Positions 47,984-60,020 of a stretch of 64,000 nt of DNA are shown here, in pieces (position 1 is the first letter of the stretch; the number at the start of each line of letters is the position of its first letter). A model generated the notes under the pieces. It was not told the origin of the DNA. It saw nothing but the letters and a program-made list of their open reading frames with translations, and did no database searches. The DNA is taken from the NCBI GenBank assembly GCA_025594325.1, contig JANHCV010000009.1:372001-436000 (forward strand), given 5' to 3'. A program made the translations under genes and the position numbers. The DNA comes from Blastocladiella emersonii ATCC 22665. Lineage: Eukaryota > Fungi > Blastocladiomycota.

Positions 47984-49146
47984 ATGACGAAACCGCGCAA
48001 GAGCGTTCCCCGCACCCAGTATGCAAACACCATCAGCCCGCGCGCGCGAGAATTGCATCGCTGATGCCGGCCCGCCGGCTGGCCCTTGCGCGTAGGAAGG
48101 ACCAGGACCCCAACAAGATCAAGGTCAGCCAGGATGTGCCCGCCAAGTTCAAGTTCCTGATGCGCGCTACCGAGGAGGTCATGGCTAAGCGCTCCGCCAA
48201 GAAGCAGCAGTCGAAGGGCGCGAACGCTGAGGCGGGCAAGGGCGGTAAGGGCCCCGCCACTCCCGCTGCTGCGAAGAAGCAGAAGGCGCCGAACGCTGGT
48301 GGCAGCAAGCCCGCCAAGAGTACGCACTGGAACGAGTCGCTATCGCGCGACCTGCATTGCTCACCCCTCCGCGCGTCTAGTCCCCCGCGGCGAGTCGCTC
48401 CCGCATCCGAACGCGCGCCCGCCACCAGTCGAGGAGGAGAAGAAGGGTAAGGGCAAGAACAAGGGCGGTAAGGCCGCTGACGCGGCGCCCAGCAAAAAGC
48501 CCGAGGCCAAGAAGACGCCCACCACCAAGAAGGACGAGGCTGCTGCCGCCGCCGCCGCGGCCGAGGAGCCCAAGCTCTCGGCGAGTGCCAAGCGCCGTAT
48601 GCGGTACGTTTCGCCCTTCCCAACTTGAGTCCCCGCTCAGCTCACTCACCCGCCCACGCGATCCGTAGCCGTGAACTCGCCGACGCGCGCGGCAAGGGCC
48701 CCAGCCTCGTCGACGACAGCGACAGCGACTCGGACGACGACGGCGCAATGCACGGCGGGCAGACGCTCAAGCGGCCGGCCAAGAAGCCGCGGGTCGCCGA
48801 CTTTGACGAGCTCGAGGACAAGGTGCGGTTCGGCGATGTCGCGCAGGCGCCGCCCACGCTCAAGGTCAGCAAGAAGATGCAGAAGGCCAAGCTGCAGCGG
48901 GTACGTTCACGGTGGAGGTGTTGGTGGGTGGGTGGGCGGAGGTACTGATGCGAGGCGCTCGTGTCGTAGATCCTCGCCGACGAGGTGGCGCAGAACGCGG
49001 TGCGCAAGGGCGGGCGGTCGCTCGCCGAGCAGCGGCAGATGGACGGCGAGCGGTTGCGCATGATCCAGCTGTACCGCGACATGAAGGCCAAGCGCGATAT
49101 GGACAAGGTGTTCCCCATGGGCATGGGAAAACCCATGATGATGTAG
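47984..49146 (+). CDS. CCDC137-like nucleolar coiled-coil protein, multi-exon
   Basis: Lys-rich; QDVPAKFKFLM; LEDKVRFGDVAQAPPTL; ERLRMIQLYRDMK. Confidence 0.65.
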
Positions 49147-49368
49147 CCTCTTGATCTACTAGATATATATCTCCTTCGTTAGCATGTATTCTTCACGGCG
49201 GCGGGTGCGTTCGCGAGGCATCGCGATGGCACACGTGCGGGAGGTGAGCTGTTCAGAAAGCGGCCGCGCGCGTCGTCGACCCGCTTCCCCACTCCGCGAC
49301 CGTCGCTCCCCCGCGAGCAGACTTGATGCATCACGCCGCCACTTGGCGCAACAACCTCTAAACCTACC

Positions 49369-51848
49369 ATGGTCGACACGCACGACGCTACCGACGCGCG
49401 CCCCGGCGCCGCCTCGGCCGCCGCGAACGGCGACCTCCCGCAGGAGCAGGCGCCGGTGCCCGACTCGGTGATCATGCCGCCGCGCGACATCCGCACCATC
49501 GTCGACAAGACGGCCAACTTCGTCGCGCGCAACGGGCCGCACTTCGAGGGCAAGATCCGCGAAAAGGAACAGGCCGACCCCCGGTTCTACTTCCTCAACC
49601 CCAACGACCCGTACCACGCGTACTACCAGTGGATGCTCGTCGAGTTCCAGGCTGGGCGAGGTGCGTTTTCTGGTTGATTGGGTGGGTGAGTGGTGGGCTG
49701 ACGGTGGGTTCGCTGTAGCGACGCTGAACGGCGGCGCGCCCGCAGCGCAGCAGGCGGCCGACGAGCAGAACGCCGAGGAGGCCAAGGCCAGCGAGGCCAA
49801 GGTACGCGCCTGTCGGTGAGACGGCTGGGCCGCATCCGATCCTCACGTTCGCTTCCGTTCTGTAGCGCAAGGCGGCCGAGGCCAAGAACAAGCCGCCGCC
49901 GGCCCCGCCGGCGCTCGAGTTCATGCTCGACCTCCCGCCCATGAACGCGCAGGACCTGTACGCTACATCCCTCGTGGGCGTTTCCAACCCGTGCACTAAC
50001 CCCTTCGCCACCACATGTAGCGACGTGATCAAGCTGACGGCGCAGTTCGTCGCGCGCAACGGCCGCGCGTTCCTGTTGGAGCTGACGTCGCGCGAGCTGC
50101 GCAACCCGCTGTTCGACTTCCTCAAGCCGGCGCACCCGCTGTTTCCGCTCTTCACCGCGCTGGTCGAGCAGTACGTGAAGCTGATCACGCCGAGCCCGCA
50201 GCTGCTCGCGTCGGTCCGCGAGAACGAGGGCAACCCGCACCCGATCCTGCGCCGCGTCCAGCAGCGCGCCCGGTACGCGCACTGGGAGGAGAAGCAGCAC
50301 CGCAAGGAGGCCAAGGCGAAAGAGGTCGAGCGCACCGCCTACGCGTCCATCGACTGGAACGATTTCGTGGTTGTCCAGGCACTCGAGTTCACGGACCTCG
50401 ACCTCGACGCCAACCTCCCCGCGCAGACGACGATCCTCGCGCTCCAGCACGAGGCGAACCAGGTCAAGAAGGCCCGCTACGGGCTTTCGACCACCGGGCC
50501 CGTGTCGCACGCACCGGCGCCCACCAAGGAGCCCATCCCGTCGCTCCCGCCCCGGCCCGGAGCCGCCAACCGCCCCGCCCCGCTCTCGCCCGTCCGTGGC
50601 GCGCCGGTTCCCGCGGGTGCTGCGACCAGCGCGCCGGCGCCGCCCCGCGCCAACGACGAGGACGAGCAGGACATGGACATGGACCTGGACGTCGCCGCCA
50701 AGCCCGCCTCCGCCGCGCGCACTCCCGCCGCTGCGCCCGCGCCCGTGGGTCCGTCGGTCGGCCCGATGAAGATCAAGTCGGCCGTTGTCCCGCGCAAGAC
50801 GGCGACCAACGAGCCGACGACGATCTGCGAGCGGTGTGGTCTGGCGATCCCGGACTCGCAGATGGAGGAGCACATCCGCATCGAGCTGCTGGACCCGAAG
50901 TGGCGCGAGCAGCGCGAGGCGCACGCGGCGTCGCGCCGCGAGACCAACCTCGTCACGACCGGCGACCACTTTGTCAGCACGCTCAAGTCGCTCGCCGAGA
51001 ACCGCCCCGATATCTTTGGCGGCGACGAGGTCGACCGCAAGCGCAAGCTCGAGGAGGACGCGCGCCGCCAGCGCAAGCTCGCCGAGCAGCGCGTTACCTG
51101 GGACGGACACACGGCGTCGATCGCGACCACCACGATGAAGGTCAAGGAGGTGGTGCCCCTCGAGGACCAGATCGCCGCCATTCACCGGTCCAAGGGACTC
51201 GTCGAGACGCCCGAGGACCGCAACGCCATGCTCCCCGCCCGGCCCACGCTCCCCGGCTCGATCCCGCGCGGCGTCCCGCCCCCGCCCCCGTCCGCGCCGG
51301 CTGCGTCGTCGCGCCAGCCGCCCATGGCGCCCTCGGGCATGCGCGCACCCCCACCGCCGACTTCGGGCCGCACCGCGCCCCCGCCGCCGCCGCGCGGCGC
51401 CCAGCCGCCCCCGCCCCCACGCAACACGCGGCTTGCCTCCGACACGGACATCCATGCGCCCAATGACGCGAAGCGCCAGAAGCTCGAGGACGCGCTCGTC
51501 CCCGAAGCCGCGTGGCTCGTGCGGCACCCGGGCGCGGTCCCGCTCACGGTCGAGATCCCCAACGACAAGTTCCCGACGGCCGCGGCGCCGTCGGTCGCCG
51601 TCACCGCGCCGTCCCTCGCCATGTCCGTCGAGGACGTCAAGGCCGCGGTCCTCAGCCAGCTCCAGGCGTCGGTCCCCGACCTCACTATCGGTAAGCTCAA
51701 GCTGACGATTGTGGCGACGCCGGGTGCGAGCGGCGAGGCTGGGCGGCCGAATGTTGCCAAGAACCAGATGTCGCTCGCGTTCTATAACGTGCACGCCGGG
51801 TCCCAGGTTGTGGCGGGGATCCGCGAGCGCGGTGGCGGGCGCAAGTAG
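49369..51848 (+). CDS. SF3A1: Splicing factor 3A subunit 1 (Prp21)
   Basis: Two SURP domains (IVDKTANFVARNG; VIKLTAQFVARNG), YASIDWNDFVVV, MEEHIRIELLDPKWREQ, C-terminal ubiquitin-like end SLAFYNV..RERGGGRK. Confidence 0.96.
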
Positions 51849-52023
51849 GAGGTATGGTATGGTGAGGATGGAATACACTCGTAGTGCTTGAGAACGAACT
51901 GGCAGCGAAACGGTAGGGTGAAGGCGGTGTGAAGGGCGACGCGTTTCGACGCGCCGTTCACACGACGAGCGCCGACCCGTCTTGCCTGCTCTCCTCACCC
52001 TCGAGCCCCCTCACACCACATCA

Positions 52024-53289
52024 ATGTTCAGCTCATGCAACTCGCCGCAACGCGCTGGCGTCGCTCAAACGGACTCGCCGGTCGGCCTTGTCGCGCTTCT
52101 GTCTGATCTGCTGGTCAATGTCGTCGCCCTCGCGTTTCCCCACCACCGCGTTCTTACGGCCAGCCGCGAGCTTTCTGATGAACTCTCCGGCTCGAAGCGC
52201 CTCAAGCGAATCTGGATCAACGCTCTCTGCTCAATCGACACACCTCCGCAGGTCGTTGACTTGTATCGAAAGAACTTCAAGTTGACCTTGCGCACCAATC
52301 TTGTTGCCTACCTCGAGTAGAAGTTGATTCGGGCGTCTTCCGGTTCCTTGCAAAATCTTTCCCCATACGGACCAATGCGTCGCGCTCAGCCCGTTCCGAG
52401 GCCGCTCATTGTCGCAGCATCGGACTGTCTCTTTGACTGTATCCAGGCGGTCTTCCGTTCCCACGAACGTCTCGTGCCGCAGGAGCGGGTCGAACAAGCC
52501 CAAAAGTTTTTGGACCGCCAGATTACCGCGATCGGCCCTCGCATGCAGCTCTTCACCGCTTCCCCTCTGTTCTCGGTCATCCAGCTCATTGTCAACCTCG
52601 CTAGTCGTGGCGACTGCACGGGTGCGAGCGCACTTCTCGCCCAGACTGCCGATCGCGCCAAAGTCGCGTTCAGCGTGACTCTCCCGCTCCTTGCGTGGGC
52701 CCGATTGACTGTCGGGTCCTGCAATGCTTTGTGGGAGGTTTTAGCGCGTCAAAATTCCATGTTCGACGTGTCGCTTTCCTTCACTGCGTATCTCGGTCTT
52801 GCAGCGCTGAGAGGCTGGGACGCGGGTACTTTCAACTTGGTTGCCGAGGGGCCCCATGCATTCGACCGGGCGGCACTCATTACGCTCCTTAGCGACGACA
52901 CGTTCATCGTACCAGCCCTACGCCATCTCCCCGCTGCCCAACCACACCCAGACATTTTCAATTTTATCATGGATTGGCTACTCGAGCATGCATGGAAGGA
53001 CGGCCGCTTGGTCGATGGTAGACCGCTCGAGCACTACCTATTTGGACCATATTTTCAATCATATGTTCAACATCGCAATCCCCCTCAGAAGCGTTACGTA
53101 ACGCGGCAACGGAGCGTGCGTGCCGCAAGTCTTGCTGCCACGGCAATTTCTGCTTGCATCTCCGCTCTAGCTCTCGCTTCGGGTTCCGCAAACGCTTCAA
53201 GCTCTGCCACGGTCGGGAGCTCGAGCTCGGGGGCCGACAGCTCATTTCAACAGGATTTGCTTCCAGGGGATCGCGACAAGCCCAAATAG
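52024..53289 (+). pseudogene. F-box-like family, A-only subfamily, premature TAG
   Basis: MFSSCNSPQ..RTNLVAYLE* (52318-20; paralogs have Q); the frame continues as ORF 52324-53289. Confidence 0.75.
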
Positions 53290-53535
53290 GCTGAGGTATC
53301 CTTCTGTTTTGTAGTGTTGCAATGATGTCCCTGCCTAACACAGAAATAATTTGAATTTATTTGCGTGAGCCGAGCAGAGGAAAGTTAACTACGACAGCCG
53401 GGACGAAGTGTGGCGCAACGCGTGTTGAAAGGTTTGACAGGTCGTCGGCATGCGATCGCGGTTCTCACGCTTGCGCCCCCGTTCCTCGCTCTCCTTCGCT
53501 CGATCACACAACATCGTTCGCTCCACCCAAATACA

Positions 53536-54846
53536 ATGTTAAGCTCATGCAACTTGCCGCAACACGCCGGCCTTGCCCAGGTCGAGTCGAAGCTCGACCT
53601 TCTCGCGCTTCCTTCCAAACTGATCACCAGCGTCGTCGTCCTTGCGACGCCTCGCTCGGCTGTCGCCGCGGCTTCTCGCGAGCTATTTGAGTCAAACGAT
53701 TCGAAGCGCGTCAAGCTTGCTTGGATCAATACCTTCTGCACCATCAACACGTCTGCGGACTGCCTTCGCGCGTATGAAGATTACTGGAAGCTGAGCATGC
53801 GCTCGAACCTCATTGCATTCCTCGAGCAGTGCTGTCTCGACCGCCGCACACCCTTAAATGTCCCCGGTGGCGGTCATTACAAGTCCATGTGCCCGTTGGA
53901 GTCGACAGTGGGCCCGCCCCTCATGCTGGTAGCCTTGCATTGTTTGCTTGACTCGGTTCCTGCCTTGTTTCGAACGCTCGATGCTCCGCCGACCAAGACA
54001 CGTATTAAGCAGGCCCAGGCTGTGTTTGACCATCAGCTCCGTACCGCAGCAACTACCAATCGCGTACCGCTTTTCACCAAGTTCCCGGCCGTCTCGATCA
54101 TTCAACTTCTCGTCCATGTCGCCTGCCACTGCGACGTGATCAGTCTCGAGTTCGCGATCAAACACGTTACTGATCATGCAAGCGGACTGCTTTACATCAC
54201 TCTACCGCTCTTCACCTGGGCTCGCGCGACTGTCAGGTCGATCAATTTACTCTGGGAAGGGATGCTGCGCCCCGAACCCAATTTCGATAACCCGGCTCGT
54301 TTCACCGTATATCTCAGCTTGTCCGCGCTGAGCCGTTGGGACGCGCCTGCCTTTTGGGTGGCGACCACAACTCCGCTTGCCCACGACCGGCAGTACCTCG
54401 CCGTAGTTCTCCGCTGCCACATGCTTGTCACGCTTGCGCTCATCGAGCTCAAGATTTTGAAGCATGTGTCCGCTCGCCACGTCATATCCATCTTGGACTG
54501 GCTCATGGAGTTCACGTGGGAGGATGGCCGCACGTTCAACAGCTGCCCGCTCGAGTATTTCTTGAAGGCCCCGCACCTGACCGAAGCGCTGAAATTTGTT
54601 GAAGGTCACCCCAAACTTCACTCAAACCCGATCCAATCCACGACCGGGCCCAACGATCCCGCAACCCAGCCGGACTCCGCTTTCACCACCGCGCAGACCC
54701 CGGCCCAGTCTTCAGCCTCCGCACTTGCACCGATGTCGGCAGCAGTTGGAAGCTCCGCAGTCTCTCCAGTCGCAGGCTTCATTTCGGACATTAACATGTA
54801 CTCGGCCAAAGCCGCGCTTCCTGCGCTCCGCGCAATGTTGGAGTAG
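53536..54846 (+). CDS. F-box-like family, A-only subfamily, intact
   Basis: MLSSCNLPQH..LLALPSKLITSVVVLATP..ASREL..LAWIN; single exon. Confidence 0.8.
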   Translation: MLSSCNLPQHAGLAQVESKLDLLALPSKLITSVVVLATPRSAVAAASRELFESNDSKRVKLAWINTFCTINTSADCLRAYEDYWKLSMRSNLIAFLEQCCLDRRTPLNVPGGGHYKSMCPLESTVGPPLMLVALHCLLDSVPALFRTLDAPPTKTRIKQAQAVFDHQLRTAATTNRVPLFTKFPAVSIIQLLVHVACHCDVISLEFAIKHVTDHASGLLYITLPLFTWARATVRSINLLWEGMLRPEPNFDNPARFTVYLSLSALSRWDAPAFWVATTTPLAHDRQYLAVVLRCHMLVTLALIELKILKHVSARHVISILDWLMEFTWEDGRTFNSCPLEYFLKAPHLTEALKFVEGHPKLHSNPIQSTTGPNDPATQPDSAFTTAQTPAQSSASALAPMSAAVGSSAVSPVAGFISDINMYSAKAALPALRAMLE

Positions 54847-55625
54847 TCTGAAAAATGCGGCTTGTTTGGTGATTTGAAAACCTTTGGCGAGTTCGCTTAC
54901 CGTCTCATTCATTCATTCACCTGGCCAACAGTTCACTTGCTATCCGATCATCGATCCAGGCAGTACGCCTGCTCTTCATACGAATACATATCTTAGTTAA
55001 GCCTCCACGAAAGGTCCTGACCACAAGTGTGGCGCAACGCGTCCTGAAAGGTCTGACAGGCCGGTGGCGCAGGCAGACATCGCGGCGTCGAGGAGCGGCG
55101 CGCCAGCTCTCGCACCACTCGTAGATTAAATGAGTCGCGGAAACGTCGCTGAATGGCCAACTGTTGTGATGGGCCGCGACGACCAACGCGCTATAGTGAA
55201 CGGATCGCTTGGTACAACGAACATGCGATCACGCGAGTGGCGCAACGCGTCTCGCGTCATGCTCGCACACCAAAATTCGCCCGAGGCCGCTCTTCTTGAG
55301 CGATTCGCCGAGTGCGTAACTTGACTAATCCCCAACGAGACTCGCATCCCGCTGAACTGGCGCACCGCGGCTGGGCGTGGCCGCCCTCCCTCGCGCTCGC
55401 TCACACTCCCGCCTCACGGTGCGACTAAGAAAGAAAAATGCTGCGATCTAAGCTTCGCAGGCGTTTTGGTTCGAGCTTAGTACCGAGCAAATCCATTGCC
55501 AGGCGGCTCAGTGTTCGCAGGTTGGATATGCCAGTTGGTCAACACGAACAAGAGATGTGAGAAACTGAATTATATTAAACAAAGAAATGTAGAAATAAAG
55601 AAAGCGGGAGCGTTTCAACCGCTTC

Positions 55626-58600
55626 TTAGCAGTTGTGGTGGATCGCGACCATGGCGTCCGCGTACTCGCGCGATGCGACCGTGTTGGGCGCAACGCGGCG
55701 GATCTCGTCAATGGTCGCGCGACTCGTGGTGCGGTCGCGCATCGCCAACACTACGGCCTGCGCGACCCAGTGCGCGTCTTTGACGCCATCGAGCGCGCCA
55801 GAGGGAACTGCGCGCCAAAAGGAAACGGGGATCAAAATGTCTGGTGCATCGGAAGCGGATGGCTCGTTCAATTTGTCAAGCAGAACCGCAAAGTCGGTGC
55901 GAATCAGAAGCTGCATTAGATCGTAATACGGTTGGCGCAGCGAGTCGCATGCAAATTTGCATGCGCTGAAGTTGTCTTGATTTGGGTGCGCGCGCACCGG
56001 ACGCTGTTTGGTGAGGCGCCCCATTGATTTGAGAAAATTGACCAGCATCGAATAAGCATCCTCGGAAGTCGCTGAAGTGCATCGGGCTTCAACGCCAAGA
56101 GCTCGCGCACAGTGTCGAGCCAGACACGTTGACCTGCAAGCTGGCATTCGCCACAAGAGGTCGCGGGCGGAATAGCAAGCGGGAAGCTGTGGTGACCAAC
56201 CAGGTTGGACATTTGCGCGCAAATCATAGCGCCAAGAAATGAAACAATGCTGTTAGACTCGCTCATCAGCGCGATCGCAGAGTCCCGGATTGAGCGGTCC
56301 TGCAGGACGGCAACAGGAACCCATGCAAGTGCAGCACAGTTTGAGGCCGAAAGCTGGAGAACGGTTGCGTTGGCAAGGAGAAAGACGTCGAAGAGATCGG
56401 CCTGAAGCTCGCTCGAGAAGACAGCCTCCATGATCTTGCTGGGTGCTGGAAATTGTTCGTGACGTAAAATATTTGAGCGCGGCGACTTGAACTCGCGATG
56501 CAGGACTGAAGCGAACGCGTGGCTGATACTAAGCATGTTGCTCGGACAATGAAGTCGGGCAAAAGCCAGCACATGTTGAGGCGCCAGCTGAAGCAGATTG
56601 AGCTCGAGCGAAAGCCTGAAAGCTGTTAGGTATCGGGTTATTACTGGTGAGTTTCCACTGTACACTTGCTTTGGTCCAGCGCGTTAACATACCCTTTGCT
56701 ACGGCAATTTCAAAACCATCACCGACAAGTCGCGCGGCGAGGGTAGCGAAAGGACCCGTCGGCCCGCCTTGGTCCTCGGACAACGCAAGCCCAAGAACGC
56801 ATGGCCAAGCGTCCTCATTTATGAGATTCAGTCGATGCAAGATTTCGAGGCCATCCTTGTCCAGGTCAAACTCCTGGTTTTCGAGTTCGACGAAAACGGT
56901 GAAGCGCGAGGTGCTGTCGATTGAGCTAGTCACAAGCTGGGGCTTGAGTTCCGCGAGCTTAGCAAGAACAGTCGGGTACTCATCGAGGAATGAGATAAGG
57001 TGCACCCCGTTGAAGACCCGGCGCTCAAATGCCCAAGATTCACGGAAGAGCCACTAGCGATGTTGAGCACCCAGCGGCGCATTCTCACGAGCGGCATTCT
57101 CACGAATGTGGCGCACCACAGTTCCCGTTCCAAGCAAGCGAGCTCAACCCGAAGGCCAGCCCCACCTTCGTCTCCACGTCGCTCTGCATACATACACCTC
57201 GACTTGTTACTCAATGAGACTTGCTGCAACACATTCGGGAGACGCTTGAATACCCGCTGAATTTTTTTCATACGAGTCAAGGACTTGACGAACAGCTCCA
57301 CTGCGGACGAGCCGTTTCGCGAGGGTGCTCGCGCAACTTCAATGACGCGCGCATCAGCAGTGCTATCATTTGATTTATGCTTCGTTTTAGAGCGTCAGGA
57401 CTCCAGCTGAGTGAAGGTTGAAAGGCGACGCGCGCGTGCTTGAACTGTTGGTAGTTTTCATGGTCTAGGTCACCCTCAAGTTGGTTGACGCTGTTGATCG
57501 TCTCTGATCATGATGTTCAGGGCCATGTTGATCGTTCCAGGCGCTGATATCAAGAGCTGACGCTGAAGGCGACGTGGGCGATGCTCGCTGCCACCATCCT
57601 CCGCGAGAATCCGGCTCAAACGAGCTCAGCCGCTTGCGGATGCCCTGGGCAACTTATTGCAACAAGTCCCGCAGGTTCATAGCTCGTGGGGAGTGTATAT
57701 GTAGTGGAGTTCCTCGACAGGCCATGAACGGGCTCGCTTGCTCGGAACGGGAACTGCGGTGCGCCACATTCGTGAGAATGCCGCTCGTGAGAATGCGCCG
57801 CCGGGTGCTCAACATCGCTACTGGAGCATCAGCGCAATGTCGCACGGAAGGTGAGCCTCGAAATCAGTTCGTTGGATGCTGTACAGGAGTGTCGAGGAGA
57901 GATGGTCATCCTTGAAAAGCTTTGTAAGCCACTTCTTGCTGAGCCCGACCACCGGGAGCCCGAGGAGCACTTGGAGTAGGGGTAAATTCCACAAAAATAC
58001 CGAGAGCACGCCCAAGAACTGCACAAGGTTACAGTTGACCTCGTCTTCCGTGATGGTGCTGACCCAGTGCGAGCCGCGATTGAAAAGCCGGTTGTGCGAA
58101 ACTTCCGAGAGAATGGCCCAGGAGCGCAGCGGCAGGCGGATCTGGAATAGGATTCGAGGCGCCGATTGTGCTGCTGCATTGAGAAGTCGAGCAGCCGATG
58201 GCACATCAAGTCGACCTACGGCGACAGCAAGGAGTTGGAAGAGAGAAGGAACGGGCTCGTCCGCACAAGGCCGCTCGGGCTCGAACTCGTTAACCGACTC
58301 GTCAATTTCCTGGGACAAACTGTCCAATCCAGTGGTCGAATCGCGGAGAAACGAGGACGCCATTGGAAGAATGTGGCCAAACATCGTAAAAAAGAGCGAC
58401 ACGACGTGTTCGTAATCATGGTCGCTGGGCGTGACTCGAATTGGTGCTTCCGCTGGGCGGCAGTACTGGAGAAGCGTGCCGCTGTCTGAGGCGAAACATT
58501 CGTCATAGCCAGGATAGCCCTCGTGCAACTCGTCCGAAACGCCAAGTTTGAGGAGCTGAATAATCCAATCACGCTTCACAGGAGCATTGTTCGCCACGGT

Positions 58601-58741
58601 GTAGAACTCCCGCGTTGCAAAGCAGATGGCAGCCTGCGGCTGGGCAAGCTGGAAAACCTGCGTGAGAGTCTCGACGGGGAGGGCAGCAAGACCGGCGCGG
58701 CGGTTCCGTTGCGCTAAGTTTTTTTCATTGGTTTCATTCAT
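55626..58741 (-). pseudogene. Divergent A+B family copy with MITE insertion and frameshift
   Basis: LAALPVETLTQVFQLAQP; A split at LQ|W by the MITE; phase-1 intron after AVAKG; B in two frames. Confidence 0.85.
57056..57819. mobile_element. 764-bp MITE, 88-bp TIR, 3-bp ACT/AGT TSD (PHIS/Harbinger-related, Pangu-like)
   Basis: Ends AGCGATGTTG..CAACATCGCT; ACT at 57053-55 and 57820-22; removal restores CTC CAG TGG CTC (LQWL). Confidence 0.88.
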
Positions 58742-59136
58742 GGTGGGTGATACTGACGATGGCGAGGGGAGCCTAGCACTCGCAAAGCGAACTTCGTCGG
58801 AACGCAAACGAACTCCGCCTCGAGGACCAGGTGACGTCACGCGGGTGGCGCAACACGTCTCACCAAAAACACTCAGCAATAAATGAGCTATCTGGATGCG
58901 TCGACGCGGTGAAACCGCTATGATAGAAGAGTGGGCAAACTGGATTGACGAGAGTGCTGGCGAGTTCATGCCCGTTGGCGTCGCGCGGGAGGCCCACGGC
59001 GGCGGCGACGCGTTCCTGCACAACGTCCTCTCGATCATCTCCAAGAACAACTATTACGCAGCCATGTTCCTCATCTTTGCAGTACATGGCTCGCCTCTCC
59101 AGTCTCCCCATTCGCACCAACCATGGTGGTCTCAGT

Positions 59137-60020
59137 TCAAATGATATTCATTGCGTCACAAATCATCCTCCAACAAGTCCGCAGCGTCGTACGGTCGAGT
59201 CCGAGACATGCCTCGAGGTACACGGCTGCAGCTGGTACCGCGGCGTTGGAGTGCTCGACCGCGCGAAGCCGCTCAATGACCAAGCAGATCTGTGCCTCGG
59301 AGATGTCACTCGTAGCTGAGTCACGATCGCCGTCTCTGAGCACAATCCGCGCACCGCGGAGCCCTTGGCTGACGATATTGGTGATCTGACGCGAGTTGCG
59401 CGCCCGCAAGCAAATTACGAACTCGTGAGGTGCAACTCCGCCGCTGGGAACTCGTTCGAGGCACTTGTAGAAGGCACAGGGTGTAAACGGCGGCCGAGCC
59501 TCTACATCCTGGATAGCGGCAATGAGACGGTTGAGAGAGCTTCCTTGTGCAGCGATATCTTGAATGCCGCCAAGAGTGAAATAACCCACTTCCACCCTGA
59601 GCGCCTTGTCAATGAACGAGAAGCGGACGGCGATCCGCGTGTCGAACCACTCAGCAGCGCGAACGCGGGCGAGGCATCGGAAAAAACGACGCGCAAAATC
59701 GCGCAGCGACTCGCCCGGCGCTCAGCCAAAGTTGATCCACTCCACGACCTGAGTCGAGCGCTGGGTCGGATCAAGGGCTGTGGTGATGGCATTCCATGCG
59801 GTCTCGTCCGGCATGCTATCGTCCAAAAAGATTGCCAGCGCATGATATGCATGCCGCGGCAAGAAGGGGCGGCACAGAAAGGCGGCACGTGCGAGGATCT
59901 CAGGCCAGCGCACTCAACAACACTGTTGAGCACGGCGCGGAACTGGTCGAGTCCGTGAGGAGCGTCGAGATCAAGCCCGCCAAAGCGGCTTATAGTATTC
60001 CGTGTTATTACTCGAAGCAA
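59137..60020 (-). pseudogene. Decayed retrotransposon gag/capsid-like sequence, copy 1
   Basis: Across one frameshift and a TGA: FGG..LDQF..WPE..AWNAITTALDP..VEWINFG*APGESLRDFARRF..; later C-x4-C..H-x4-C. Confidence 0.5.

Noticed and set aside
694-52320. In-frame stops in family members (694, 20934, 36647, 36781, 52318) as programmed readthrough or RNA editing
   Set aside because: Stops differ in type and position, several are simple C-to-T changes, and most co-occur with frameshifts or TE insertions. Pseudogenisation is simpler, though single-stop copies could be sequencing errors.
57051-57060. CACTA terminus for the 57-kb MITE
   Set aside because: The CACTA string includes host and TSD bases; the other end is not TAGTG, and codon restoration places the ends at AGCG..CGCT.
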